Shown piece by piece: positions 1 through 9,261 of a DNA stretch of 64,000 nucleotides. Made by a program: the position numbers and the translations under genes. A model generated the notes under the pieces. The model was not told where the DNA came from. It saw only the letters and a list, made by a program, of their open reading frames with translations, and did not search any database. The DNA is taken from NCBI GenBank assembly GCA_944391345.1, contig CALXTE010000007.1, positions 2,765 through 66,764 on the forward strand, in the 5' to 3' direction. Source of the DNA: an uncultured Alphaproteobacteria bacterium. GTDB lineage: Bacteria; Pseudomonadota; Alphaproteobacteria; RF32; CAG-239. Each line of letters opens with the position of its first letter. Positions within the stretch are counted from its first letter, which is position 1.

Positions 1-233
1 AAAAAATTTTTGATCGCGCTATCGAAAAACAAAAATTGCTTGATAAAAATACCAAAAATTATTCTCGCCGCAAAGCTGCAAAAATATTAGGCCTTGCCGC
101 TTACGATTTGGAAACACCGGAGCTGATTAACAAAAGATTGGCTGCACTTGAAAACGCCAAAAAACAAGGACAAATCAGCAACGACTACCTGAATGAAATC
201 ATAAAGCACATCAAGCAAGCGCTGCAAAATTAA
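1..233 (+). CDS. 3' end of a CDS that begins upstream of the window (hypothetical protein)
   Basis: The frame of ORF 36..233 stays open back to nt 3, so the listed TTG start is probably internal. No recognisable motif. Confidence 0.3.
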   Translation, partial: KIFDRAIEKQKLLDKNTKNYSRRKAAKILGLAAYDLETPELINKRLAALENAKKQGQISNDYLNEIIKHIKQALQN

Positions 234-328
234 GTAACAGTCAATAAAACAAACTTTTATCTTGTTTTTCGACAGCAAACTGCTAACTTATAAAAATAAA
301 TAGCGAGAAAGATAAAAGGAGTCCCAAG

Positions 329-1948
329 ATGATAAACATTGTCAAAACCCAGCCTTATTCTGATCAAAAAATGGGCACGGGCGGCTTGCGCAAAAAGACC
401 AAAGTCATGATGCAGCCCAACTATTTTGAAAACTTTATCCAAAGTGTGTTTAACGCGATCGGCGGGGTAAAAGGCAAGACCTATGTTGTCGGCGGTGACG
501 GCAGATTTTTCAACGCTGAAGCGATTCAAAAATTTATAAAAATGGCCGCGGCCAATGGCGTAAAAAAATTAATCATCGGGCAAAACGGCTTTATGTCAAC
601 GCCTGCCGGTTCCAATGTTATGTTGAAAAATCACACCGACGGCGGTTTCATCTTTTCGGCTTCGCATAACCCCGGAGGTGAAAACGGCGACTTTGGCGTA
701 AAATATGCCAACGAAACAGCCGGACAAGTTCCCACCTCTGTTACGGATAGAATATTTGAAGAATCAAAAAAAATCAGCGAATATAAAATCTGCGATTCTA
801 AAGACATTGATTTAAGAAATTTAGGATTTCAAAAACTTGAAGACATGGACATTGAAGTCATAGACCCTGTTGCCGATTATGTTGAAATGATGCAAAAGAT
901 TTTTGACTTTGATGCTCTGAAACAACTATTCAAAAGCGGCTTCACGATTCGCTTTGACGCCATGAATGCCGTTACCGGTCCTTATGCGATTCGTATTTTT
1001 GAAGAAATTTTAGGCGCAGCCAAAGGCTCGGTTATCCGCGCCACCCCACTACCGGATTTCGGTGGACTTCACCCTGACCCAAACCTAATTTATGCCAAAG
1101 ATTTGGTTGACTTTATGTATTCGGACCAAGCCACTGATTTTGCAGGAGCCAATGACGGCGACGGCGACCGCAATATGATATTGGGACGCAAGTTTTTTGT
1201 AACTCCGAGCGATAGTCTGGCGATTTTAACCGATAATTGCAAACTCATTCCTGCTTACAAAAACGGAATATACGGCGTTGCAAAATCTGCCGCCACCTCA
1301 ACGGCTGTCTGCCGTGTTGCCGAAAAGAACAACATTCCTTATTATGTTGTTCCGACCGGTTGGAAATATTTTGTAAATCTGATGGATTCTAACAGAATCA
1401 CACTTTGCGGCGAAGAAAGCTTCGGAACCGGCTCTTCCCATATTCGAGAAAAAGACGGTATCTGGGCGATTCTGTTCTGGTTAAGTATCATTGCCAAAAC
1501 CGGCAAAACCGTTGAAGAAATCACGAGAGAAAACTGGCAAAAATACGGCCGCAGCTATTATATGCGTTTTGACTACGAAGGGCTTGACACCGCAGTTGCC
1601 GATAAGTTAATGGCCGACCTGGAAGCCAAACTTCCGTCTCTTAAAGGCCAAAAATTCGGCAGTTATGAAGTCAAAGAAGCCGCACCTTTTGTATACCATG
1701 ATCCGGTAGACGGCTCCGTCACCAAAAACGGTTTGGTAATTGATTTCACCAATCAGGCAAAAATCACTTACCGCTTATCCGGCACCGGCTCCAGCGGCGC
1801 CACCCTGCGCGTTTATCTGGAACAACCGGAATATCACAACTTTGACCAAGACACATTTGAAACCTTGCAACCGCTTCTGAAAATTGCTTCAGACGTTGCC
1901 GAGATTCAAAAAAGAACAGGTAAGACCAAAGCGGATGTTAATACCTAA
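329..1948 (+). CDS. pgm: phosphoglucomutase (alpha-D-glucose phosphate-specific, PGM1-like)
   Basis: 539 aa. Phosphoserine loop SASHNPGG, Mg loop DGDGDRN, sugar loop GEESFG, phosphate loop RLSGTGS. Confidence 0.9.
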   Translation: MINIVKTQPYSDQKMGTGGLRKKTKVMMQPNYFENFIQSVFNAIGGVKGKTYVVGGDGRFFNAEAIQKFIKMAAANGVKKLIIGQNGFMSTPAGSNVMLKNHTDGGFIFSASHNPGGENGDFGVKYANETAGQVPTSVTDRIFEESKKISEYKICDSKDIDLRNLGFQKLEDMDIEVIDPVADYVEMMQKIFDFDALKQLFKSGFTIRFDAMNAVTGPYAIRIFEEILGAAKGSVIRATPLPDFGGLHPDPNLIYAKDLVDFMYSDQATDFAGANDGDGDRNMILGRKFFVTPSDSLAILTDNCKLIPAYKNGIYGVAKSAATSTAVCRVAEKNNIPYYVVPTGWKYFVNLMDSNRITLCGEESFGTGSSHIREKDGIWAILFWLSIIAKTGKTVEEITRENWQKYGRSYYMRFDYEGLDTAVADKLMADLEAKLPSLKGQKFGSYEVKEAAPFVYHDPVDGSVTKNGLVIDFTNQAKITYRLSGTGSSGATLRVYLEQPEYHNFDQDTFETLQPLLKIASDVAEIQKRTGKTKADVNT

Positions 1949-3050
1949 AATATTATATGGCATTTTACTTGGGCTGTTTATTTCCGTACCGGCAAGTCAA
2001 GCACTTGCCGGACTATATGGTTTTACCGAAGGCACACCGCTCACGCCTGACGAAAAAATCTTAGACATGCCCTTTCCTCCGGCAAACATTCCGAACTATC
2101 GCAGCTTAATGCGTGATAATATCGAAATGCTGATTGGCTATGCTCAGGCCCGAAAGCCAGATTTTCAAATCATCCTTCACGAAGGCGCCGACATCTTGTA
2201 TAAAGGCTTGTGGGAATATAACCTCAGCGGCTATAAAAATGCCCGCGGTGAAGGCGAAGACAAATCCGACCCCAGTTTTTTAAGCGGCAAAGACGTCAAA
2301 TTACCTAAAGAATATCAATTAGGCAGCCATCTGGACAACCCGTTTTTCAAAAAAATAAATGCCATAATTTTTAACGACTTATATTGCTCTCCGCGAAAAT
2401 TAGATAAAGACTTGCTAAAAACAAACATTCGCCTCGGCGCAATCAGCCACTGCCCCTCAGTAGAGGCTTATGACCAAGCCGTCATGCTTTCGGTTAAAGA
2501 AAACCTGTTATTTTATGGATTTTTAAACTTTTCAACAGCCTTTGGATATATTGCCAATCAGCCGATAATCAACGAAAATGCCCGCAACATTTTCAGCGTA
2601 AAAGACGCGTCAAACATCACCTTTTTACTGGATAACAGCCGCTATAAAACCAGAGGCGAGCTCATCCGCGACGTACGCCAATCAAATTATGATATTGTTG
2701 TGATTGACCCGATTTTTCATGACGGCAGCATTTTCACTCAAGAAGAAGTTGATTCGATGAAGTTCAAAAAAAGCGGCCCCAAACGCTTAATCATAGCGCA
2801 ACAAAACATTACCGAGGCTTTTACCAAAGACTATTATTGGCAAGAAGATTGGAACAAACATTTACCCTCATGGATAAAGCGAGCCTCATTAAGCAGCAAA
2901 GATGCCTTTATAACCGAATATTGGCAAGAAGAATGGAAAAAAATCATATCCCAATATTTCCGCGGCATTGTGTTAAGTCGTTATGACGGAGTTTTCTTAA
3001 CCGGCATAAACAATCATCAGTATTTTGAATCATTAACCCCGCTGGAGTAA
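1935..3050 (+). CDS. secreted protein, possibly GH114 / TM1410-like (COG2342) polysaccharide hydrolase family
   Basis: Internal ATG at 1935 gives MLIPKILYGILLGLFISVPASQALA, a signal peptide. The C-terminal half (YDIVVIDP, EYWQEEWKKII, YDGVFLTGINN) recalls the COG2342 family. Motif-level recall only. Confidence 0.35.
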   Translation: MLIPKILYGILLGLFISVPASQALAGLYGFTEGTPLTPDEKILDMPFPPANIPNYRSLMRDNIEMLIGYAQARKPDFQIILHEGADILYKGLWEYNLSGYKNARGEGEDKSDPSFLSGKDVKLPKEYQLGSHLDNPFFKKINAIIFNDLYCSPRKLDKDLLKTNIRLGAISHCPSVEAYDQAVMLSVKENLLFYGFLNFSTAFGYIANQPIINENARNIFSVKDASNITFLLDNSRYKTRGELIRDVRQSNYDIVVIDPIFHDGSIFTQEEVDSMKFKKSGPKRLIIAQQNITEAFTKDYYWQEDWNKHLPSWIKRASLSSKDAFITEYWQEEWKKIISQYFRGIVLSRYDGVFLTGINNHQYFESLTPLE

Positions 3051-3054
3051 AAGC

Positions 3055-3321
3055 ATGAACGAAGTAGAAATATTAGACATCTCACGCGAGGCGGTATTTA
3101 CCTTGCTTAAAGTCGTAACACCGGTTCTTCTGGTTGCTTTATTTGTGGGCTTAATTATCGGTATTTTTCAGGCTTTGACTCAAATCCAAGAAATGACTCT
3201 GGCTTTTGTGCCAAAAATAATCTGCGTATTTTTAACCATCATTCTCCTGTTTCCGTTTATGGTAAACCAGATGAGAATGCTATCCGAAACCCTGTTTGAT
3301 AAAATAGCCAGCGGCGGTTAG
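3055..3321 (+). CDS. fliQ: flagellar type III export apparatus protein FliQ
   Basis: 88 aa, two TM segments, typical FliQ size and sequence, followed by fliR and flhB. Confidence 0.9.
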   Translation: MNEVEILDISREAVFTLLKVVTPVLLVALFVGLIIGIFQALTQIQEMTLAFVPKIICVFLTIILLFPFMVNQMRMLSETLFDKIASGG

Positions 3322-3327
3322 AAAAAA

Positions 3328-4083
3328 ATGCAGCAGCTTTTACACATAGAGATATATAAATACCTGCTGATATTTCTGCGCATCGGCTCGGCCATTATGC
3401 TCATGCCGGGCTTTATGACGACCTATATCAACATGAGGTATCGCCTAAGCATTGCTCTGGGAATAAGCATTGTGCTCTATCCGTTTTTAGCAGATATTTT
3501 ACCGCCTCCGCCGACAGATTACCTTGACCATATCAAAATGTATATGCTTGAAATCACTTATGGTGTTTTCTTTGGATTAATGATGCAGGTCACGTTCACG
3601 GCATTAAGTCTGGCAGGCAATTTTGCCGGCACGGCAATCGGCTTTTCAAATGCCCAACTCTTTGACCCCAGCACACAGGCTCAGTCTATCGTGCTTGAAA
3701 GTTTTTTTAGCATAACCGCATTAACGGTAATCTTTGTCACAGACTTGCACCACACAATGTTATCAGCCGTAATTTCAAGTTATGAACTGTTTCCGGCCGG
3801 CTCATCTCTTCCCGACGGCGATATGGCCAACTACATGGGACAAGCCTTGGGCGAAAGTTTTGCCACGGGTTTTCGCTTAGCTTCACCATTTATTGCTTTC
3901 ACCATAATATTTTACGCCGGCATGGGATTGGTTTCACGATTAATGCCGCAACTAAACATTTTCTTTTTGTCTTTGCCCTTGCAGTTATATTTAGGCATAG
4001 GCTTGTTGTTCATCACCCTTCCTGCCATCATATTCTGGTTTGCGGAATATTATGAGCGAAGCCTTATGGCCTTTCAAAATTAG
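3328..4083 (+). CDS. fliR: flagellar type III export apparatus protein FliR
   Basis: 251-aa polytopic membrane protein between fliQ and flhB. Confidence 0.85.
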   Translation: MQQLLHIEIYKYLLIFLRIGSAIMLMPGFMTTYINMRYRLSIALGISIVLYPFLADILPPPPTDYLDHIKMYMLEITYGVFFGLMMQVTFTALSLAGNFAGTAIGFSNAQLFDPSTQAQSIVLESFFSITALTVIFVTDLHHTMLSAVISSYELFPAGSSLPDGDMANYMGQALGESFATGFRLASPFIAFTIIFYAGMGLVSRLMPQLNIFFLSLPLQLYLGIGLLFITLPAIIFWFAEYYERSLMAFQN

Positions 4084-4092
4084 GAGCGTTTC

Positions 4093-5169
4093 ATGGTAGC
4101 CGAAGACGAAGATGAAGCCTCCAAGACGGAAGAACCGTCGGAACGAAAAATCAGCAAAGCCAAAGAAGAAGGCGACATTGCCATCTCCCAAGATGCCAAA
4201 AGCTTTATCATGCTGACCGGCATGCTTTTTGTAGTATGGCTGATCGTCCCGCTCATGGGCAAAATGTTTTATGATTACTTTGGCAAGTTCATCTTAGCAC
4301 CGGAAACCATCCCGACCGATTCTCGCCATTTAAGACTGCTTTTTTTCAACTGTTTTGTAGATTTAATAAAAATATTGGGGATTCCTTTAGCAATTTTTAT
4401 GGTTCTGGGCATAGCCGCCAGCCTGATGCAAACCGGCTTTATTTATGCACCAAAAAAATTAATGCCTGATTGGAACAGATTAAACATTTTTGCCGCTTTA
4501 ACCAAGTTCATTAATATGAAAAAAATTGTCGAAAGCTTAAAAGGCATCATTAAAATAACCGTCATCAGCTGGATTGCCATCATTGTCTTAACGCCTTATC
4601 TAAGCAAAAGTGAACTCATGCCGGACATGCAGACTCAAACGATTCTCAAGTTAATTCATCATATTGTCGTTTTGCTGATATTCACAATCGTTATTGCGGT
4701 ATTGGTCATTGCGGTTGCCGACTATGCTTACCAAAAATACACTCACTTGAAAAAACTGCGCATGACCAAACAAGAGGTAAAAGAAGAATACAAACAAACC
4801 GAAGGAGATCCTTTGGTCAAATCGCGCATCAGACAAATACGCAATGAAAGGGCACGCCGCCGCATGATGGACAATGTTCCCAAAGCCGATGTTGTCATCG
4901 TCAACCCGACGCATTACGCCGTTGCCCTTGAATACAAGATGGAAAAGATGGATGCCCCGATTGTCGTGGCCAAAGGTCTTGACAACATTGCCTTAAAGAT
5001 TCGCGAAATCGCGGAAGAACACGAAATTCCGATTGTCGAAAATCCGCCATTGGCAAGAGCCTTATTCGCTTCGGTCGAATTAGATCATGCCATACCGGAA
5101 GAACATTTTAAAGCCGTAGCCGAGGTAATAGGATATGTTATGCAGCTTAAAAACCAAACGCCCCGATAA
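4093..5169 (+). CDS. flhB: flagellar export switch protein FlhB
   Basis: 358 aa, four N-terminal TM segments, NPTH autocleavage motif (VIVNPTHYAVAL). Confidence 0.9.
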   Translation: MVAEDEDEASKTEEPSERKISKAKEEGDIAISQDAKSFIMLTGMLFVVWLIVPLMGKMFYDYFGKFILAPETIPTDSRHLRLLFFNCFVDLIKILGIPLAIFMVLGIAASLMQTGFIYAPKKLMPDWNRLNIFAALTKFINMKKIVESLKGIIKITVISWIAIIVLTPYLSKSELMPDMQTQTILKLIHHIVVLLIFTIVIAVLVIAVADYAYQKYTHLKKLRMTKQEVKEEYKQTEGDPLVKSRIRQIRNERARRRMMDNVPKADVVIVNPTHYAVALEYKMEKMDAPIVVAKGLDNIALKIREIAEEHEIPIVENPPLARALFASVELDHAIPEEHFKAVAEVIGYVMQLKNQTPR

Positions 5170-7789
5170 ATATCTGGAAAAGCGTCTGCTTTTTCTGTCA
5201 TATGCACTGGTCGGACTGATAACCACCGTGATAATGTTTATGCTTTATCCGCAGTATTCGGTATACCTGCTGCTGTTAACATTATTCATCAGCTCCTTTT
5301 GCCTGTGGTCAACCATAAAAACGCTGCAAGCCGGAGAAGAAGCCATTAGCTATGGCGGCTTTGCCAATGAGCTCCTAAAAGAAGAACATCAAGGCGAACG
5401 AATTGACAATTCCTCCGGTGAAGCCGTTTTAGAAAACGATTACGCCCGCGACTTTTTTAAGGGAGAAACCGTCTTAAGCACCCTGCGCCGCCGCATGAGT
5501 GAAAACCGCCAAAACAAAACCGCTTGCGAGCTACTTGAAAGAGCGCTTGAAAACTTAAGCAAAGAAAAAGTAAACATCGCCTTATATCGTGAAGATAAAA
5601 ACCCCCGAGGCTATGTTCCCGAAGAATGGTATGAAATCAGCCTGCGCCCGATGTATCTGAAAAAGACAGATATTTTCACCGGCGCATATTCTATCAAAAA
5701 AATAAAAAAAGACACCTACTTTTATTGGACCATAAAAGACATTACCGCTCAAAAAAATATGGAACAAATATTCCAAAGCGAAAGCCATAGCCTGCATGAT
5801 TTTCTGGACTACTTACCGGCCGGCCTCTATATCTGCAACAAAGATTATAAAATAGAATACGCCAACCACGCACTGGCAAAACTCTTAAAAAACAGCCGTG
5901 AAGAATTGATAGGAAAAAACTTAACCGATTATTTGGCCACCAACTCTCCTCTGCCGCCGGCACACACGGCTTCATGGCAGGGCAACTTATATTTTATGAG
6001 TGGCACTGATGTAAAAGAATGTTATGCCGCGCAAGAAAACTTCCGCGAAAACTCCGAAATAAAGACCCGCGGCGTGATTATCAACGGGCTCATCAGCAGC
6101 CAAGAATTAAGCGAACAACACAAAGAAGATGTCGACCGCATCAGCTGGCTGTTTGACTTTGCGCCCATCAGTATCATTCATTGCAATAAAGAAAGCACAA
6201 TAATCGAGCTCAACGACGCCTCCTCAAAATTTTTGGGTCAAGAAAGTTCGAAACTCAACGGCAAAAATATTGTCGAAATCATAAAAGACGAAGAAAAAGA
6301 AAGCCTCAAAGAAGAGCTGCGCAAACTGCAAACCAAAGAGAAAACATCATCTTGTATTGATGTCCATTTAAATATAACCAAAGACGAAAAAATCGCCACT
6401 TTCTACATCTCTCCGATTCATGATTTGCACGAAGGACCCGAGGCAGATTTATGCGGCTACAGCATCTACTTTTTAGATGCCACCTCCAGAAAAAATCTTG
6501 AGCTTCAATATGCTCAGGCGCAAAAAATGCAAGCTCTGGGACAAATGGCCGGCGGTGTTGCCCATGACTTTAACAACCTTTTAACCGCGATGATAGGATT
6601 TTGCGACTTGCTCATGCAGCGCCACGGCGTCGGCGATCCCTCGTTCAGCGATATTATCCAAATTAAAAATAATGCCAACCGCGCCGCGGGATTAGTCCGA
6701 CAACTTCTGGCCTTCTCGCGCAAACAACCCTTAAAGCCAAAGCTGATTGATGTAACCGAAAACTTTGTTGAACTAAACCACATGCTCAAACGTGTTATCG
6801 GCGAACAAGTCACCTTAAAATTCTATCATGGAAGTGACTTAGGCTATATAAGAGTCGATCCGGTACAGTTTTCTCAAGTGATAATCAATCTGGCCGTTAA
6901 TGCCAAAGACGCAATGAACAACCGCGGCACTTTGACCATCTCTACCCACACGGAAACCCTGCTGGAGCCCTACCAATTCGGAGCTGACACGATTGCTCCA
7001 GGAGATTTTGTCGTGATTGAAGTAAAAGACACGGGCTGCGGCATTCCGATTGAAAATCTGAGCCGAATTTTTGAACCTTTCTTCTCCACCAAACAAAATG
7101 TTGTCGGCTCCGGCACCGGACTTGGACTGGCAATGGTTTATGGCATTGTCCGCCAAACTGAAGGCTTTATAAAAGTACAAAGCATTATTGGCAAAGGCAC
7201 AACTTTTTCAATCTATCTACCGCGTTTTGAAAGCAATGAAGAAGAAGCAAAGCCCGAACAGAACGAAACCAAAGAAATCATAAAAGCCAGCAACGGCGCC
7301 CCGATTCTAACGGTTCAAGAAAAGATAGTCCCCGCTCAGGGAACCAACGCCAAACTGATTTTTGGCCTCAATGTTTCAGCAATTGACCGCAATCACGAAA
7401 ACAATCTTTCCGAAAACGAAAATATCAGAATATTATTTGTAGAAGATGAGGACTCCGTTCGCACCTTTGCCGTCCGCGCATTAAAGAAAAAAGGCTATGA
7501 TGTCATTGGCTGTAACTCGGCAGAAAACGCGCTGGATGCCATCAAAGATGATAAAGATTTTCAAATGATGATAACCGATATGGTCATGCCCGGAATGAAC
7601 GGTGCCGAACTGGCCAAAACCGTAAAGCAACAGATTCCTGACATAAAAATAATTTTGGCCTCCGGCTATTCAGAAGAAATTGCCCGCAGAGAACTTGCCG
7701 GCTCGGATGAATTCGCCTTTATCGCCAAACCATTCAGCTTAGGAGACTTGACTAAAAAGGTTTTTGATGTCTTAAATAGTAACAAATAA
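5135..7789 (+). CDS. cckA: hybrid sensor histidine kinase / response regulator, CckA-like
   Basis: Two N-terminal TM segments, PAS-like regions, H-box GGVAHDFNNLLTAMIGF, N box NLAVNAKDAM, G boxes DTGCGI and GSGTGLGL, C-terminal receiver (FVEDEDSVR, ITDMVMPGMNG, AKPF). The position after fliQ-fliR-flhB matches my recollection of Caulobacter synteny. The symbol is an inference. Confidence 0.65.
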   Translation: MLCSLKTKRPDKYLEKRLLFLSYALVGLITTVIMFMLYPQYSVYLLLLTLFISSFCLWSTIKTLQAGEEAISYGGFANELLKEEHQGERIDNSSGEAVLENDYARDFFKGETVLSTLRRRMSENRQNKTACELLERALENLSKEKVNIALYREDKNPRGYVPEEWYEISLRPMYLKKTDIFTGAYSIKKIKKDTYFYWTIKDITAQKNMEQIFQSESHSLHDFLDYLPAGLYICNKDYKIEYANHALAKLLKNSREELIGKNLTDYLATNSPLPPAHTASWQGNLYFMSGTDVKECYAAQENFRENSEIKTRGVIINGLISSQELSEQHKEDVDRISWLFDFAPISIIHCNKESTIIELNDASSKFLGQESSKLNGKNIVEIIKDEEKESLKEELRKLQTKEKTSSCIDVHLNITKDEKIATFYISPIHDLHEGPEADLCGYSIYFLDATSRKNLELQYAQAQKMQALGQMAGGVAHDFNNLLTAMIGFCDLLMQRHGVGDPSFSDIIQIKNNANRAAGLVRQLLAFSRKQPLKPKLIDVTENFVELNHMLKRVIGEQVTLKFYHGSDLGYIRVDPVQFSQVIINLAVNAKDAMNNRGTLTISTHTETLLEPYQFGADTIAPGDFVVIEVKDTGCGIPIENLSRIFEPFFSTKQNVVGSGTGLGLAMVYGIVRQTEGFIKVQSIIGKGTTFSIYLPRFESNEEEAKPEQNETKEIIKASNGAPILTVQEKIVPAQGTNAKLIFGLNVSAIDRNHENNLSENENIRILFVEDEDSVRTFAVRALKKKGYDVIGCNSAENALDAIKDDKDFQMMITDMVMPGMNGAELAKTVKQQIPDIKIILASGYSEEIARRELAGSDEFAFIAKPFSLGDLTKKVFDVLNSNK

Positions 7790-7814
7790 CCAACCAAGCA
7801 GGACACCAAAATCA

Positions 7815-8531
7815 ATGACCACATCGCAGCTTCCGCTAGAATTTTATCACCGCCCCTACATGAGCAAAGATGACTTCATGCCGGCGGCCTGCAATTTTGA
7901 AGCTTATCGCCTTATAGATTCGTGGCCGGTATGGACTTATTTCGCGGCCTGCATTTATGGCCCCGAAGGCTGCGGCAAAACCCATCTGGCAAATATTTTT
8001 TCAGAAAAAGTCTCGGTTATTGAACACTATCCTTACAAAATTCCTTATATAAAGGCAAAAGACTTAACCCTAGAGATGCCGCGCCAATTACTATCCAAGC
8101 ATTATTGCCTGATTGTTGAAGACCTGCAAGATTATACAAATCAAGAGGTACTGTTTAATCTTTACAACATCTATCGAGATGAAGGCGGCTGCATTTTGTT
8201 CACCAGCACAATAGCACCGGCCAGAATAAACTTCAGCCTGCCGGACTTGCGCTCCAGAATGAACATCATCCCCAGCATCGAAATCAAAGAACCTGATGAC
8301 GATTTGCTTTCTGCCCTGCTGGTAAAATTATTTATGGACCGACAAATAACAATTACGCCGGATTTAATAAAATATATTCTGGCCAACATGCAGCGCTCTT
8401 TTGCCTATGCCCGCAAATTAGTTGAAGAAACAGACCGTGTCTCTTTGGCCAACAAACGCGCCGTCAGCCTTCCGATAATCAAAGAAGCCATGTCCAACCT
8501 CGAAGACAAGCGACAAGGCGAACTCTTTTAA
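7815..8531 (+). CDS. hdaA: DnaA-related regulatory inactivator HdaA
   Basis: 238 aa. N-terminal clamp-binding-like QLPLEF, Walker A GPEGCGKTHL, DnaA domain III-like remainder. Confidence 0.75.
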   Translation: MTTSQLPLEFYHRPYMSKDDFMPAACNFEAYRLIDSWPVWTYFAACIYGPEGCGKTHLANIFSEKVSVIEHYPYKIPYIKAKDLTLEMPRQLLSKHYCLIVEDLQDYTNQEVLFNLYNIYRDEGGCILFTSTIAPARINFSLPDLRSRMNIIPSIEIKEPDDDLLSALLVKLFMDRQITITPDLIKYILANMQRSFAYARKLVEETDRVSLANKRAVSLPIIKEAMSNLEDKRQGELF

Positions 8532-8590
8532 AAAAAAGAATTTTTTTTGCGATTAATAAAAAAAATTAACTTGATTTTTAATATTTTTGA

Positions 8591-8618
8591 TATATACATA
8601 CGACCGTGAATGTATATA
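8591..8618. promoter_or_regulatory. perfect 9-bp inverted repeat (TATATACAT-N10-ATGTATATA), candidate TetR operator
   Basis: Palindrome about 15 nt upstream of the TetR gene start, in the promoter region of the TetR-RND operon. Confidence 0.4.
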
Positions 8619-8633
8619 AAAGAAAGGTAAAAC

Positions 8634-9257
8634 ATGGCACGTCGTACCAAAGAAGAAGCAGAGCAAACGCGTAAAGCCATAGCTCTTGCGGCTCTGGAGG
8701 TTTTTTGCGAAAAAGGCTATTCAAAAACCACATTTGATGAAATAGCCAAGAGAATAAACCTCACAAAGGGAGCCGTTTACTGGCACTTTCGGAACAAAGC
8801 TGACATACTAACCGCAATCATCAGAAAAGCATTCGAAATAACAAGAAAAGAAATAGAGCAAAGAATACCGACAGAAGTCGATTCGGTTCGCGTCATTCAG
8901 CAATATTTGAAAGAAGAAATTGCCTTAATAAAAAAAAGTAAAATTTTTCACCAATTTTTATTTTTTGTGATATATCAAATGGAGTGGTCCGAAGCAATTC
9001 TCAATAAAGTCAGCTCCGAAATAAAGGATATAGAAAATTTTAACGGGGACTTCATTAAAGAAGCTTTGATAAATGCCAAAAAGAATGGAGAAATAAGCTC
9101 AAATATAGATATAGAAGAAACCCGCATCATAATCACCTGCTTGTGGCAAGGCATAATTAAACAAGCCATTGACCCAAAAGCAGACAGCAAACAAATAGAA
9201 AGACTAATTGACACTAGTTTTGATATCTTAATCAAAGGCATGCAAGAAGAGAGGTAA
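8634..9257 (+). CDS. TetR/AcrR family transcriptional repressor
   Basis: N-terminal HTH (FCEKGYSKTTFDEIAKRINLTKGAVYWHFRNK). Directly upstream of RND pump genes. Confidence 0.9.
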   Translation: MARRTKEEAEQTRKAIALAALEVFCEKGYSKTTFDEIAKRINLTKGAVYWHFRNKADILTAIIRKAFEITRKEIEQRIPTEVDSVRVIQQYLKEEIALIKKSKIFHQFLFFVIYQMEWSEAILNKVSSEIKDIENFNGDFIKEALINAKKNGEISSNIDIEETRIIITCLWQGIIKQAIDPKADSKQIERLIDTSFDILIKGMQEER

Positions 9258-9261
9258 GACA

